Shown here: piece by piece, positions 25,020 to 38,400 of the stretch
Layout of the letters: the number at the start of each line of letters is the position of its first letter
Position numbering within the stretch: the first letter of the stretch is position 1
Assembly (NCBI RefSeq): GCF_963921235.1
Contig: NC_086108.1
Span: 11,408,001-11,472,000 of the forward strand
Source of the DNA: Mobula hypostoma
Taxonomy: Eukaryota
Reading direction: 5' to 3'
Length of the DNA stretch: 64,000 nucleotides
Translations under genes and position numbers: made by a program
Notes under the pieces: generated by a model
What the model was told of the DNA's origin: nothing
Database searches by the model: none
Seen by the model: the letters and a program-made list of their open reading frames with translations, nothing else

Positions 25020-25760
25020 ATGATAAGGTGCCCCATGCAAGGCTTATTGAGAAAGTAAGGAGGCATGGGATCCAAGAGATCCTTGCTTTGTGGATCCAGA
25101 ACTGGCTTGCCCACAGAAGGCAAAGAGTGGTTGTAGATGGGTCATATTCTGCATGGAGGTGGCTGACCAGTGGTGTGCCTCAGGGATCTGTTCTGGGACC
25201 CCTTCTTTTTGTGATTTTTATAAATGACCTGGATGAGGAAATGGAGGGATGGGTTAGTAAATTTGCTGATGACACAAAGCTTGGGGGTGTTGTGGATAGT
25301 GTGGAGGGCTGTCAGAGGTTACAGCGGGACATCGATAGGATGCAAAACTGGGCTGGGAAGTCTACTCCCGCCCTCCCCCATTAGAGGAAGGATGTGAAGA
25401 CTTTGGAGAGGGTTTAGAAGAGATACAGGGCACCATTGGAGGTGTTGGACAAACTTGGACTGGATTCTCTGAAGTATCAGAAGCTGAGGGTAGACCTGAT
25501 AGAAGTATCTACAATTGTGTGAATCAGAGTCTTTTACCTGGTCTGAAATCTCAACTGCTGAAAGATGCAGGCTGATGTCAAAGGGGGGTGGGTTTAAGTA
25601 GATTAAAATGGTACACGACATAGGTGCCTGGACAACATTGCTAAGCAAGTGGAGGGAGCAAATCTGAGAGCAACTGTTAGAGGCATTTAGACAGACACAT
25701 AGACAAACAAGGAATGGAGAGATTCTGACCGTGTGCAGACTGTTTACATTGACATTAAAG
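25020..25760 (+). mobile_element. CR1 RT fragment plus decayed 3' part
   Basis: [32 protein letters not shown]. Confidence 0.9.
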
Positions 25761-26384
25761 GGATTATTGTTATTTTGGGTCGAAGGACCTTTTACTGTTC
25801 CACGCTCGCTCGATTCTACACTGCCTAAAGCATTTGCAGTAAACCACCAAGTCTGGGTAATGTCACAATAATTTATTCATTAACTCCAATTGTGGATCAC
25901 TGGATAAATATTTAACTTGAGAGACTGGGGATTAGTGGAAGCACATTATATAAATCTACAGAAAAATACTGCTCTTTAACATTTAAAACACTGCTGTTCT
26001 GTTCAAAGAATGTATGATCTGAACATCAGTTCCACACCTCTGTTCTCAGACATCAGAAAGCGATGGCTCACTCAGCCACTACAAGTACTTTGATGACGAA
26101 TTCTCAATCCTTCTTATGGATATTTCCCATATTCCTGCAGCTTCTTCTGAAAAGACTCTGTGTCCAGCAGCCAATCTTAGTCCAATCTGAATAGCTCATC
26201 GCTGAAGAAAACGGTGTTTGCACGGCCTCGGCGTCCGTTGAGAGGATCTTCATCCTTCGACATCATTATTGAGGTCGGGAGACCAGGAAACCCACCCTGA
26301 GCCCACCTGTCCTGCAAAATGTGTTAACTCATTCCATTCGGCTTCTCCGTTCTGCCGTCTCAACCTTGGAACCAGAGGGCCACA

Positions 26385-27802
26385 CAAAAAGACATTTTTA
26401 ATCTCTCCCTTTCCCTGTGTAGCCTGCCCTCTTGCTTCAAAACATCCACCATTGTCCCTGTACCTAAAAAGACCAAGGTAACATGTCTGAACGACCGGCA
26501 TCCTGTCACACTCACCTCAATAATAAGTAAATGCTTTGAGAGGCTGATCAAGGATTACATCTACAGCTTGCTACCACCCAGGCTGGACCCAATACAATTC
26601 GCCTATCGTCACAAATGATCGACAAATGACGCAATAGCCATTGCTCTACATACTGTCCTTACACATCTGGAAAAGAAGGATACTTATGTGAGAATGCTGT
26701 TCTTGGACTACAGTTCAGCATTCAACACCATAATTCCATCCAGGCTCGACAGGAAGCTCAGAGACCTCGGCCTTCACCCTGCCTTGTGCAGCTGGATCCT
26801 GGACCTCCTGTCATATTGCCAGCAGGTGGTAAGAGTGGGCTCCCTCACCTCTGCCCCTCTGACCCTCAACACAGAAGCCTCTCAGGGTTCTGTCCTAAGC
26901 CCCCCTCCTTTACTCTCTGTACACCCATGACTGTGTCACCACCCACAGCTCCAATCTACTAATTGAATTTGCAGATGATACTACATCGATTGGCCTAATC
27001 TCAAATAATAATGATTGGTCTACAGAGAAGAAGTCATCACCCTGTCACAGCGACTTCAAGAGAACAACCTCTCCCTCAATGTCACAAAAACTAAGGAGCT
27101 GGTTGTGGGCTACAGGAGGAACAGAGACAGGCTCACCCCTATTGGCATCAATGGATCTGGGGTTGAGAGGATGAACAGCTTTAAACTCCTCAGCATGTAC
27201 ATCACTGAGGATCTCATGTGGCCTGTACATACCAGCTGTGTGATGAAAAAAGCACAACAGTGCCTCTTTCACCTCAGACGGTTGAAGAAATTCGGCATGA
27301 GTCTCCAAATCCTAAGAACAATTGGGCCCAATTGAGAGCATCTTGACTGGCTGTATCACTGCCTGGTATGGGAACTGTACTTCCCAAAATCACAGGACTC
27401 TGTAGAGAGTGGTGCGGATAGCCCAGCGCATCTGTAGATGTGAACTTCCCTCTACTCAGGACACTTCCAGTGACAGATGTGTAAAAAGGGCCTGAAGGAT
27501 CATTGGGAACCCGAGCCACTCCAGCCACAAACTCTTCCAGCTACTACCATCGGGAAATGGTACCGCAGCATTAAGGCCAGGACCTACAGGCTCTGAGACA
27601 GCTTCTTCCACCAGGCCATCAGACTGATAATTCATGTTGACACAATTGTATTTCTAAGCTGTATTCATTGTTCTGCTGTATATCTTACTGTACATACTAT
27701 TTATTTCAAATTACTATAATTTGCACATTGCACATTCAGACAGAGACATAACGTAAAGATTTTTACTCCTCATGTATGTGAAAATTGTAAGAAATAAAGT
27801 CA
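26385..27802 (+). mobile_element. 5'-truncated Rex-Babar LINE
   Basis: [29 protein letters not shown] and KKAQQCLFHLRRLKKF; homologous to 41005-42385. Confidence 0.9.
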
Positions 27803-27829
27803 CTTCAACACAGTTTACTCACAGCACCA

Positions 27830-28510
27830 ATTGCAGATGTCTTCATCTATTCAGAGGACATCTACATGAAACATTGTTGCAGGAAAGTAGCATCCATCAT
27901 CAGGGACCCCCACCACCCAGGGCATGGTCTCTTTTTACTGCTGACATGAGGAGCCTCAGGACACCCACCCCAGGTTCAGGAACAGTTATTACCCCACAAC
28001 CATCAGGCTCCTGAACCAGTGTGGATAACTTCACTCACCACAATGAGCCTCAGGTCCCACACCACCAGGTTCAGGAACAGTTATTACCCCACAACCATCA
28101 GGCTCCTGAACCAGTGTGGATAACTTCACTCACCACCTCAGGTCCCACACCACCAGGTTCAGGAACAGTTATTACCCCACAACCATCAGGCTCCTGAACC
28201 AGTGTGGATAACTTCACTCACCACAATGAGCCTCAGGTCCCACACCGCCAGGTTCAGGAACAGTTATTACCCCACAGCCATCAGGCTCCTGAACCAAAGA
28301 GGATAATTTCACTAAACTTCACTTGCCCCATCACTGAAATGTTCCCACAACCAATGGACTCACTTTCAAGGACTCTTTATCTCATGTTCCTGATATTGAT
28401 TGGTTCTTTATTTATTATTATTGTCTTTACACAGTTTGTTGTCCTTTGCACACTGGTTGAACGCCCAAGTTGGTGCAGTTTTATTCTAAACTGAACTTTG
28501 AACTTTGAGC
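27830..28510 (+). mobile_element. Rex-Babar 3' fragment with internal tandem amplification
   Basis: Four 88-95-bp tandem units at about 27950-28320; (ACTTTGA)n tail. Confidence 0.85.
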
Positions 28511-28600
28511 TACATTATATGTCCCATCTGCCTGTGGCACTGATGTTCCTCCAGACATGAGGAGAGGGAAGGACACGGGATATTGAAGGCACATCAGTTT

Positions 28601-29386
28601 TTTTTTAATATAATTTTTATTGAGTTTTCAAAATGATTACATAGAAAGATAATGTCTACCCTCCCCCCTCCCCTTAACCCTCCCCCCCCAATATATACCC
28701 CTACCTGAAAAAAAAAGAAAAAAAGGAAAAGAAAGAAGAACTGCCTGGATATTGGAAGGTTTCCACATGCTCCATGAGATTCAAAATAAATTTTGTATAT
28801 TTCTTTATTACTTTCCCCAAGGGACCAACATCTTTATCATCGGAGCAACTAAATATGCCATCCTATCTTTTGTAAATAAGGGCGCCAAATATTCAAAAAT
28901 GTATCATATTTATCTCTTAAATTATAAGTAATTTTTTTGAGTGGAATACAACTAGACATTTCATTGTTCCAACGATTCATACTTAAATACGAATCCGATT
29001 TCCAAGTAACTGCTATAGCCTTCTTGGCTACTGCCAATGCAATTTTTATGAATTCTTTCTGATATTTATTCAGTTTAAGTTTCGGTTTTGTCCCTTCAAT
29101 ATCACCTAATAGAAATAATACAGGGTTATGTGGAAGTTGAGTTCCAGTAATTTGTTCCAGACTCTAAGACTCTTAAATTTATCCAAAAAGGTTGAATTTT
29201 AGAACAAGACCAAGTAGAATGAGAGAAAGTACCTATTTCTTGATTACACCAAAAGCATTGATCAGATAAATTTGAATTTAATCTATTTTTTGTGGTGTAA
29301 TATATAATTGGTGTAAAAAATTATATTGTACTAATCTAAGTCGAACGTTTATTGTATTTGTCATACTGTCAAGACCCAGTCTTGAC
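28601..29386 (-). mobile_element. 5'-truncated L1-clade LINE
   Basis: AKKAIAVTWKSDS...WRPYL C-terminus, poly-A tail, 13-bp TSD GGCACATCAGTTT at 28588-28600 and 29387-29399. Confidence 0.88.
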
Positions 29387-30011
29387 GGCACATCAGTTTA
29401 ATAGGTGAAGGATGGACCTTCAGTGGGGTCAGGACTCAGGATTTCTGTAGGTTTTAGAGTTGAACCTGCTGGGTGCTTGAGAAGGTTTGCCAATGAGCTA
29501 AATTACTGACGCAGATGTAAAGGGCATTGGAGAATGGGTGGGTGTTTTCAGGGCAGACAAGTGGTATAAGCAGCAGTTGTGGGGTCTTGTGAGTTTTATG
29601 GTAACACACAGATTTGGTCAAATTGGATCAGATCTCTTGCTCTAACCATAGATTCCAGAGGGTCCACGAACTTGGATGAGAAAAGAATTACATCTTTATT
29701 TTCACCAACCTCGATCTGAAATTTAGTGTTTCTTTCAATGGTGAATGTGGTATTAGCAGTACCTATGACTTTGTCACTAATTGAAATCACAGGTACTTTC
29801 ACATCACAATACAGTTGTTACAAATAACATCAAAATATCATTTATGGCACACTCATCAGTACTTACAAGTTATGGTAGCTATTAGACCTGCTGCTAGCCC
29901 GAACGAGATCGCAGTCTTCCTGTCTGCAGACACATGTGAGACGTAGCTGGCCAAGTATCGGACAGCCCTGCACCTAGTAGTCATTCAGCTACCAAACAGT
30001 TAATAAGGAAG

Positions 30012-30266
30012 TGTGGTGACCCACTTTCTACGCAGGCGAGCCGGCTAACAAAATGGCGCCGGGCCTTCTTCTTCACCAGCAAGGGGAGAAAGCCCGCGCG
30101 CAGGAAGAGACTTTTGTAATGCACCTTTGACATCATTTCCTCCCAGAGAGGGTGGGAACAGAACTGCGTAAAAGCCAGTGCCGCGAAGTTTGAATAAGCT
30201 AGTCTCGAGTGCAACTTACAGACCGCGTGTCGCTATTTCTACCTCTGTGTGTAGCACATCGCTACA
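30012..30266 (+). repeat. 5' LTR (255 bp)
   Basis: TGTGG...CTACA; direct repeat of 34068-34357. Confidence 0.93.
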
Positions 30267-30305
30267 TTGGCGACCCCTACGGTCCAAATGGGATTTGGAC
30301 CAAAG

Positions 30306-31009
30306 ATGATTGACTCTTCATCTGTTCACACAGTTTCACTAAAACTGCCAACTTTCTGGACGCTGCGACCACGCGTGTGGTTTGACCAAGCAGAAGCCCA
30401 GTTCCAGATTCGGCAGATATCTTCTGATTCCACACGTTACTATTACGTGGTGAGCTCCCTTGACCAGGAGACAGCCGCCCAGGTTGAGAATTTCATACAG
30501 TCACCCCTGGAAGAAGGCAAATATGCAGCATTCAAAGCGCTGCTCATAGAGACCTTTGGCCTCTCACGGCGTGAGCGAGGTGCCCGCTTGCTGCACCTGG
30601 ACGGTTTGGGAGACAGGCCGCTGTCAGCATTAATGAACGAGATGCTGGCCTGGCTGAAGGACACAAACCCTGCCTCATGTTTGAGCAGGCGTTCCTAGAG
30701 CAACTGCCCGAGGACATACATCAGCTGCTGGCCGACGCAGATTTCAGTGACCCCCAGAAGGTGGCGGCCTGGGCAGACGTGCTGTGGAAAGCGAAGAGGG
30801 AGAGCGGGGCGTCTATCAGACAGATTACCAAGCCACACGCCCAACAGCAGGCCAGACCAGGCCCAGCAACGGAGAGCAGACAACCCAGAGGCAGGAGTTG
30901 GGAGGCCAATGAACAGTGGTGTTTCTACCACCAGCGGTGGGGCACAGAAGCCTGCCATTGTTGCCCGCCCTGCAATTACCCGGGAAACGCCAGGGCCAGC
31001 TGCCGCTAA
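30306..31009 (+). pseudogene. gag: Gypsy gag, frameshifted
   Basis: KLPTFW..PRVWFDQAEAQF; CHCC motif CFYHQRWGTEACHCCPPC. Confidence 0.85.
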
Positions 31010-33965
31010 TGGCTATGGAAGCTGGCCACCAGGACAGCCTCCTGTACGTCTGGGACAAATAGTTGGGACGCCGCTTCTTGGTCGACACTGGAGCGGAGAT
31101 CAGCGTCTTACCCCCAACGGGGTATGACACCCGCAACAGGGAGCCGGGACCCACCCTGAGGGCCGCAAACGGCAGCACGATACGGACCTACGGCACTCGC
31201 ACAGGGCAGCTACAGTTCGGCGCCGGCCATTTCACGTGGGACTTCACACTGGCCGCCGTGGCCCAACCACTCCTGGGGGCAGACTTCTTGTGAACCCACA
31301 ACCTGCTGGTCAACTTGCAAGGGAAAGACTGGTCCATGCCAAGACTTTCCAGACGTTCTCCCTGGGTGAAGCCAAGTTGCCGGCCCCACACCTGGACTCC
31401 ATCACGCTGTCTGACAACGAATTCACCAGAATCCTGGTGGACTTTCTATCGGTCCTGGCACTGCAGTTCACGGCAGCCATGCCCAGACGGAGTACAACAC
31501 CACATTCTGACACAGCGACCACCCCTCCATGCCCGCGCACAAAGGCTACCCCCGGACAAGCTCCGCCTGGCGAAGGAGGAGTTCAAGAGGATGGAGGAAT
31601 TGGGAATCATACGGAGGTCTGACAGCCTATGGGCCTCCCCCCTGCACATGGTGCCCAAAGCAGCCGGGGGCTGGAGACCATGCGGCGACTACCGCAGACT
31701 GAACGAGGCTACAACTCCAGACCGTTACCCCGTGCCGCACATACAGGACTTTGCAGCAAACCTGCACAGGGCAAGCAGCTTTTCCAAAGTAGACCTCGTC
31801 CTGGGGTACTGTCAAATCCCGGTACACCCTGAAGACATCCCCAAAACAGCACTCATCACCTCGTTCGGCCTGTTCGAATTCCTCCGAATGCCGTTTGGCC
31901 TGAAGAATGCCGCACAGACGTTCCAGCGGCTAATGGATGCGGTGGGACTCGACCTGGACTTTGCGTTCATCTATTTGGACGACATCCTCATAGCCAGCAG
32001 TAGTCGTCAGGAGCATCTGTCCCACCTCCGCCAGCTCTACTCCCGCCTGGGTGATTTCAGCCTCACGATCAACCCGGCCAAATGCCAGTTCGGACTTGAC
32101 ACCGTCGACTTCCTGGGCCATAGGATTACCAAAGACGGGGCAACACCTCTGCCCGCCAAGGTAGACGCGATCCACCACTTTGCCTGGCCCAACACAGTCA
32201 AAGGTCTGCAGGAGTTCTTCGCTATGGTGAACTTCTACTGCTGCTTCCTCCCCTCAGCAGCCCGTATCATGTGCCCTTTGTTCACCCTGATGTCGTGTCA
32301 AGGCAAGGACATTACTTGGGACGAAGAGGCCGTGGCTGCTTTCATTAAAGCCAAGGAAGCCTTGGCAGACGCCGCGATGCTGGTACACCCCAGAACGGAT
32401 GTTCCAGCTGCCCTCACAGTGGACACATCCAACACAACAGTCGATAGGCTGCTGGAGCAACTCATTGAGGGGCGCTGGCAACCCCTGGCGTTCTTCAGCA
32501 GGCACCTAAGGCCACCTGAACTCAAGTACAGTGCATTCGACCGGGAGCTGTTGGCACTATATCTGGCAATCCGGCATTTCAGGTACTTCTTAGAAGGCAG
32601 GCCATTCACCGCGTTCACGGACCACAAACCGTTGACCTTCGCGTTCATGAAGGTGTCCGATCCCTAGTCGGCCCGCCAGTAGCGACATCTGTCCTACATC
32701 TCCGAGTACACGACGGACATCCAGCATGTCTCAGGAAAGGACAACATCGTGGCAGACGCACTCTCCAGACCAGCTATCCAGGCCCTGTCGCAGGGGGTGG
32801 ACTATGCAGCACTGGCGCTGGCGCAGCAGGCAGACGACGAGATGCCCAGCTACAGGACCGCAGTCTCCGGTTTGCAGCTGCAAGACTTCCTTGTAGGCCC
32901 AGGTGAGAGGACCCTCCTGTGTGATGTGGCTACCGGCCAACCTCGCCCCCATTGTCCCAGCAGCCTGGCGGCAGCGAGTTTTCAACTCCATACATGGCTT
33001 TGCGCACCCATCTATCAGGACAACCGTCCGGATGGTCTCCAGCAAGTTCATGTGGCACGGACTTCGCAAACAGGTCAGTGAATGGGCCAAAACATGCACG
33101 CAGTGCCAAACGGCCAAGGTGCAGCGGTTCACCAAAGCCCCACCGCAGCGGTTCGAACCCACCCGCCAGAGGTTCAACCACACTCATGTGGATATCGTGG
33201 GGCCCCTGCCAGTGTCACGAGGAGCGCGGTACCTCCTAACTATGATAGACCGGTTCACCAGATGGCCAGAGGCAGTCCCGCTCACCGACACCACCTCCGA
33301 ATCCTGCGCCCGAGCACTGATTGCAGCCTGGGTAGCACGCTTCGGGGTACCAGCCCACATTACCTCTGACAGGGGCGCCCAGTTCACCTCCAGCCTGTGG
33401 TCGGCTGTGGCCAGCCTGTTGGGAACACAGCTACATCACACAACTGCCTACACCCACAGTGGAACAGACTAGTGGAGCGCTTCCACCGTCACCTGAAATC
33501 GGCTCTCATGGCCCGCCTGGAGGGGCCTAACTGGGTGGACAAGCTTCCCTGGGTCCTGCTCGGAATCCGTACGGCGCCCAAAAAGGATCTGCACACCTCG
33601 TTGGCTGAGCTGGTGTACGGCGCACCCCTGGTCATCCCAGGAGAGTTCATACCAGACTCAAGGGGGCAGGAGGAAGAACCCACAGCAGTCCTGGACAGAC
33701 TACGCGAAAGGCTCGGCAACCTGGCCCCTGTACCGACTTCACAGCACGGACAGATCCCGACCTGCGTACCCAAAGACCAGCAGAACTGTAAGTTTGTATT
33801 TGTACGAAGGGGCACACACTGGGCACCCCTACAGCGGCCGTATGAGGGGCCGTTCAAGGTGATCAGCAACAACGGGTCCATGTTCGTGCTGGACACTGGG
33901 GGGAGAGAGGAGGTTTTCACGGTGGACCGACTCAAACCGGCCCATGTGGACTTGGCGCAGCCGGT
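31010..33965 (+). pseudogene. pol: Gypsy pol (protease-RT-RNase H-integrase) with stops and frameshifts
   Basis: FLVDTGAE; WRPCGDYRRLN, MPFGLKNA, YLDD; YSAFDRELLA, TDHKPL; H..AH/CTQC, HVDIVGPLP, SDRGAQF, GPF motif. Confidence 0.95.
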
Positions 33966-34067
33966 TCGAGGTTCAGGCATCGAGGCGCAGAGGCAGACCA
34001 CCCAAACAGAGACTGATCCAGACTGTGGACATTGGGGGATGTATCGCCGGTTCTGGAAGGGGTGTTA

Positions 34068-34357
34068 TGTGGCAACCCACTTTCTACGCAGGCGAACCGG
34101 CTCAGAAAATGGCGCACACATCGGCAGAGAGGCCAGCCCCAAAATGGCGCTAGGCCTTCTTCCTCACCAGCAAGGGGAGAAAGCCCGTGCGTGGAAAGAG
34201 ACTTTTGTAATGCACCTCTGTCGTCATTTCCACCCAGAGAGGGCGGGAAGGGAACTGAGTAAAAGCCAGTGCTATGAAGTTTGAATAAACTAGTCTCGAG
34301 TACAACTTACAGACTGCGAGTCGCTATTTCTAGCTCTGTGTGTAGTACATCACTACA
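34068..34357 (+). repeat. 3' LTR (290 bp)
   Basis: TGTGG...CTACA followed by the TSD GAAG. Confidence 0.93.
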
Positions 34358-34871
34358 GAAGCACATATATTACTATATCACAAATTTGATCTATCTTAAC
34401 TACTTTGATAACTGTATTTCAATATAATCAGTTTCATTTGTAATCCCGTGTTTTCTATTTAAATACATTATTCTGAGAAGCAGTCCACAGGCTTGACAGA
34501 CTGGCAAAGGGGTCCATGGCATTAAAAATGTTAAGAACCTCTACCCTAGAGGGAAAAAATCTATCTGGGTTGCTCCTCTTATATTCAATCTGGGAAAAGT
34601 CAAGGGGGTCAACATCAGGAACTAACATTATCAATGTGGAACTCTCTCCCTTGTGGAGAGACCTAAGCAATCCTTGCAGGTCAGTTAGCATCTATACAGA
34701 GGAATAAATAGTTGTTGTTTCAGGTTGAGATACTTCTCATCCCAAAATGCTGACCCTTTATCCCCCTCCATAGATGCTGCCTGACCTGCTGTGCTCCTCC
34801 AGCATTTTGTGAGTGTGCTGCTTTGGATTTTCAACATCTGCAGAATCTCTTCTGTTTTAGCAAACCTTTAA

Positions 34872-35415
34872 GTCATAGAATCGGAGAAAAGTACAACTCA
34901 GAAACAGGCCCTTCAGCCTATCTGGTCCATGCTGAACCATTTAAACTGCCTAGTCCCATCAACCTGCACCAGGAACCATAACCCTCCATACCCTACCGTC
35001 CATGACCTATTCAAATTTCTCTTAAATGTTGAAATTGAGTTTGTATGCACCAACTGTGCTGGCAGCTCATTCCACACTCTCACAACCCTTTGAGTAAAGA
35101 AGTTTCCCCTCATCTTCCCCTTAAACTTTTCACCTTTCACCCTTAATCTATTACCTCAGGTTGTAGTCCCACCCAATTTCAGTGGAAAAAGCCTGCTGCA
35201 ATTTAGCCTATCTATACCCCTCATAATTTTGTGTACTTCTATCAAATCTCCTCTCAATCGTCTACACTCCAAGGAATAAAGTTCTAGGCTATTCAGTCTT
35301 TCCTTATAACTCAGGTCCTCCAGAACCAGCAACATCCTTGTAAATTTTCTCTGTACACTTTCAACCTTGTTTACATCTTTCCTGTAGGTAGGTGAACAAA
35401 ACTGCACAGAATACT
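34872..35415 (-). mobile_element. CR1 3' fragment, continuing at ~39063-39240 beyond the Rex insertion
   Basis: VQFCSPTYRKDV..VQRKFTRML..RRLRGDLIEV; FFTQRVVRVWNELP. Confidence 0.9.
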
Positions 35416-38400
35416 TTATACTATGTACTTTATTGTCGCCAAGCAATTGGTACTAGAACGTACAATCATCACAGCGATATTTGATTCTGCGCTTCACACT
35501 CCCTGGATTACAAATATTAAATATTAAAAATATTAAAAATAGTAAAAATTAGTAAATATTAAGAATTTAAATTATAAATCATAAATAGAAAATAGAAAAA
35601 TGGAAAGTAAGGTAGTGCAAAAAAACCGAGAGGCAGGTCCGGATATTTGGAGGGTACGGCCCAGATCTGGGTCAGGATCCGTTCAGCAGTCCTATCACAG
35701 TTGGAAAGAAGCTGTTCCCAAATCTGGTCGTACGAGTCTTCAAGCTCCTGAGCCTTCTCCCAGAGGGAAGAGGGATGGAAAGTGTGTTGGCTGGGTGGGT
35801 CATGTCCTTGATTATCCTGGCAGCACTGTTCCGACAGCGTGCGGTGTAAAGTGAGTCCACGGATGGAAGATTGGTTTGTGTGATGTGCTGCGCCATGTTC
35901 ACGATCTTCTGCAGCTTCTTTCAGTCTTGGACAGGACAACTCCATACCAGGTTGTGATGCACCCTAGAAGAATGCTTTCTATGGTGCATCTATAAAAATT
36001 AGTGAGGGTTTTAGGGGACAGGCCAAATTTCTTTAGTTTACTCAGGAAGTAAAGGCACTGGTGGGCCTTCTTGGCAGTGAGCTCTGCTTGGTTGGACCAA
36101 GTCAGGTCATTTGTGATATTGACCCCGAGGAACTTAAAGCTTTTGACCTGTTCCACTTGAGCACCACCGATGTAAATTGGGTCGTGCAGTCCGCTACTCC
36201 TTCTGAAGTCAACAACCAATTCCTTCATCTTGCTGACATTGAGGGATAGGTTATTGTCTTGGCACCATGCCATCAGGTTCTTAATTTCCTCTCTGTACTC
36301 AAGCTCATCATTACCTGAGATACGGCCTACAATTGTTGTGTCATCAGCAAACCTACATTGAGTTTGATGGAAACTTGGCTACACAATCATGGGTGTACAG
36401 TGAGTACAGCAGGGGCCTGAGTACACAGCCTTGTGGGGCACCAGTGATCAGAGTGATTGTAGAGGAGAGCTTGTCCCCTATTTTTACAGCCTGGGTCCTG
36501 TCTGTGAGGAAGTTGAAGATCCAGCTGCAGATCTGAGTGCTAAGGCCCAGGTTCCGGAGCTTAGGAATCAGTTTATTTGGAATGATGGTATGAAAGGCAG
36601 AGCTGTAGTCAATGAAAAGGAGCCCTACGTATTCGTCTTTATTCTCCAGGTGTTCTGAGGAGGAATGTAGGGCCAGAGAGATGGCATCTGCCATTGACCT
36701 GTTGCTCCGGTAGGCGAATTGCAAAGCATCGAGGTTGACCAGTAGGCTGTGGTTGATGTGTGCCATAACCAATCTCTCGAAGCACTTCATAGCAATTGAT
36801 GACAGAGCCACAGGTCTATAGTCATTCAGGCATGCCACCTTGCTCTTCTTCGGCACTGGGATTATCATTGCCTTCTTAAAACATGAGGGGATCTTAGACT
36901 GAAGCAAGGAGCAGCTGAAGATGTCAGCAAACACTCCAGCTAGCTCGCTTGCACAGGCCCGGAGAACCCATCCTGGGACGCCATCTGGGCCCATCGCCTT
37001 CCTTGGATTTATCTTCAGGAAGGCCCTTCTAACGTCCTCCTCGGTGATGATGAATCTCAATGCCACCAGGTCCGGTTCATCTGAAGGGAGCTGGACGCTC
37101 CTCTTCTGTTCGAATCTTGCGCAGAATACATTAAGTTCATCAGGAAGAGAAGTGCCACAGTTATTGATATTCCCAGCCTTTTCTTTGCACACAGTAATCT
37201 CATTTAGTCCCTGCCATAGTCTACTGGCATCCCTTTGGTTAGCTTGGGTTTCCAACTTGGCTCGATATTGCCTCTTGGCACCCTTAATGGCTTTCCGGAG
37301 TTCACACCTGGATTCCGTGTAGCGACTGGCATCCCTGGACCCAAAAGCCGCAGCTCTAGCCTTTAAAAGGGACTTGACCTCATAATTCATCCAAGGTTTC
37401 CGGTTAGGGAATACCCGGATCGTCCTGCGAGACACACAGTCCTCCGTGCATTTCCAAAAAAGTCCGTGACAGCTGAGGCATACTCATCGAGGTTAGCTGC
37501 CGAGTCCTTGAATACTAACCAGTCCACCGATTCAAAGCAGTCACGGAGGACCTCATCCGTTTCCTCCGTCCAACGCGACATTACTTTTGACACCGTGACC
37601 TTCCGCTTCAGTTTCTGTTTGTAAGCCAGGTTGAGGAGTATGGCCTGATTGTCCGATTTTCCGAAGTGAAGTCGTGGGACAGAATGGTAGGCATCCTTGA
37701 CTGCTGTGTTGCTGTGGTCAAGTATATTCGGGCCTCTAGTGGGGCAGGAGACATGTTGGTATAACTTCGGCAGGGCCTTTCTGAAGTTGGCCTGGTTAAA
37801 GTCCCCGGCTATAATGATCAAAGCCTCCGGATACCTGGTCTCAAGTTCACTGATGTTGGCATACAGTATGTTCAGAGCACACTCCACGACTGCCTGGGGG
37901 GGAATGTAGACCGCTGTCAGTATGACCGAGGTGAATTCCCGTGGCAGATAGTAGGGACGGCACTTCACTGACGTGTTCCAGGTCCGGGCTGCAGGAGCTT
38001 GTCAGTGCCACTGTGTCCGAGCATCACCCAGTGTTGATCAGTAGGCAGACACCACCTCCCCTCGTCTTGCCCAGAGATACCGTGTGGTCCATCCTATGGA
38101 TTGAAAATCCCTCCAGTTGGATGGCACAGTCGGGGGTGGCAGAGGAGAGCCAGGTCTCGGTGAAACAGAATACACAGCAGTTCTGCATCTCCCTGCAGTA
38201 GGTGAGTCTCCCTTTAAGAATATCCACCTTGTTCTCTATGGCTTGCACATTAGCTAGTAGGATGGTGGGCATAGGGACCCTGAAGCCCCTCAGCTTCAAT
38301 CTGACCAGCAGCCCAGCTCTTTTCCCACGCTTCCTCGGTAAGTAGTGCATCTTTCCAGGTTTCCATCGATGCAGTGTGTTGTCAGCTCTTTGAGGTAGGT

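Larger units (their letters stand above)
30012..34357 (+). mobile_element. Complete Gypsy LTR retrotransposon, CsRn1-like clade, decayed
   Basis: TG..CA LTRs, 4-bp TSD GAAG, tRNA-Trp-like PBS TGGCGACCCCTACG, gag-PR-RT-RH-IN order, purine tract before the 3' LTR. Confidence 0.95.
29650..34543. mobile_element. hAT-Charlie-like MITE (Charlie4a-like) split by the Gypsy insertion: 29650-30011 plus 34362-34543
   Basis: The two halves rejoin at the GAAG TSD; right end GGGGTCCATGGC..GTTAAGAACCTCT is Charlie-like; similarity to Charlie4a is from recall. Confidence 0.65.

Noticed and set aside
29867..29973. Minus-strand exon-like segment (CRAVRYLASYV...)
   Set aside because: Lies inside the Charlie-like MITE
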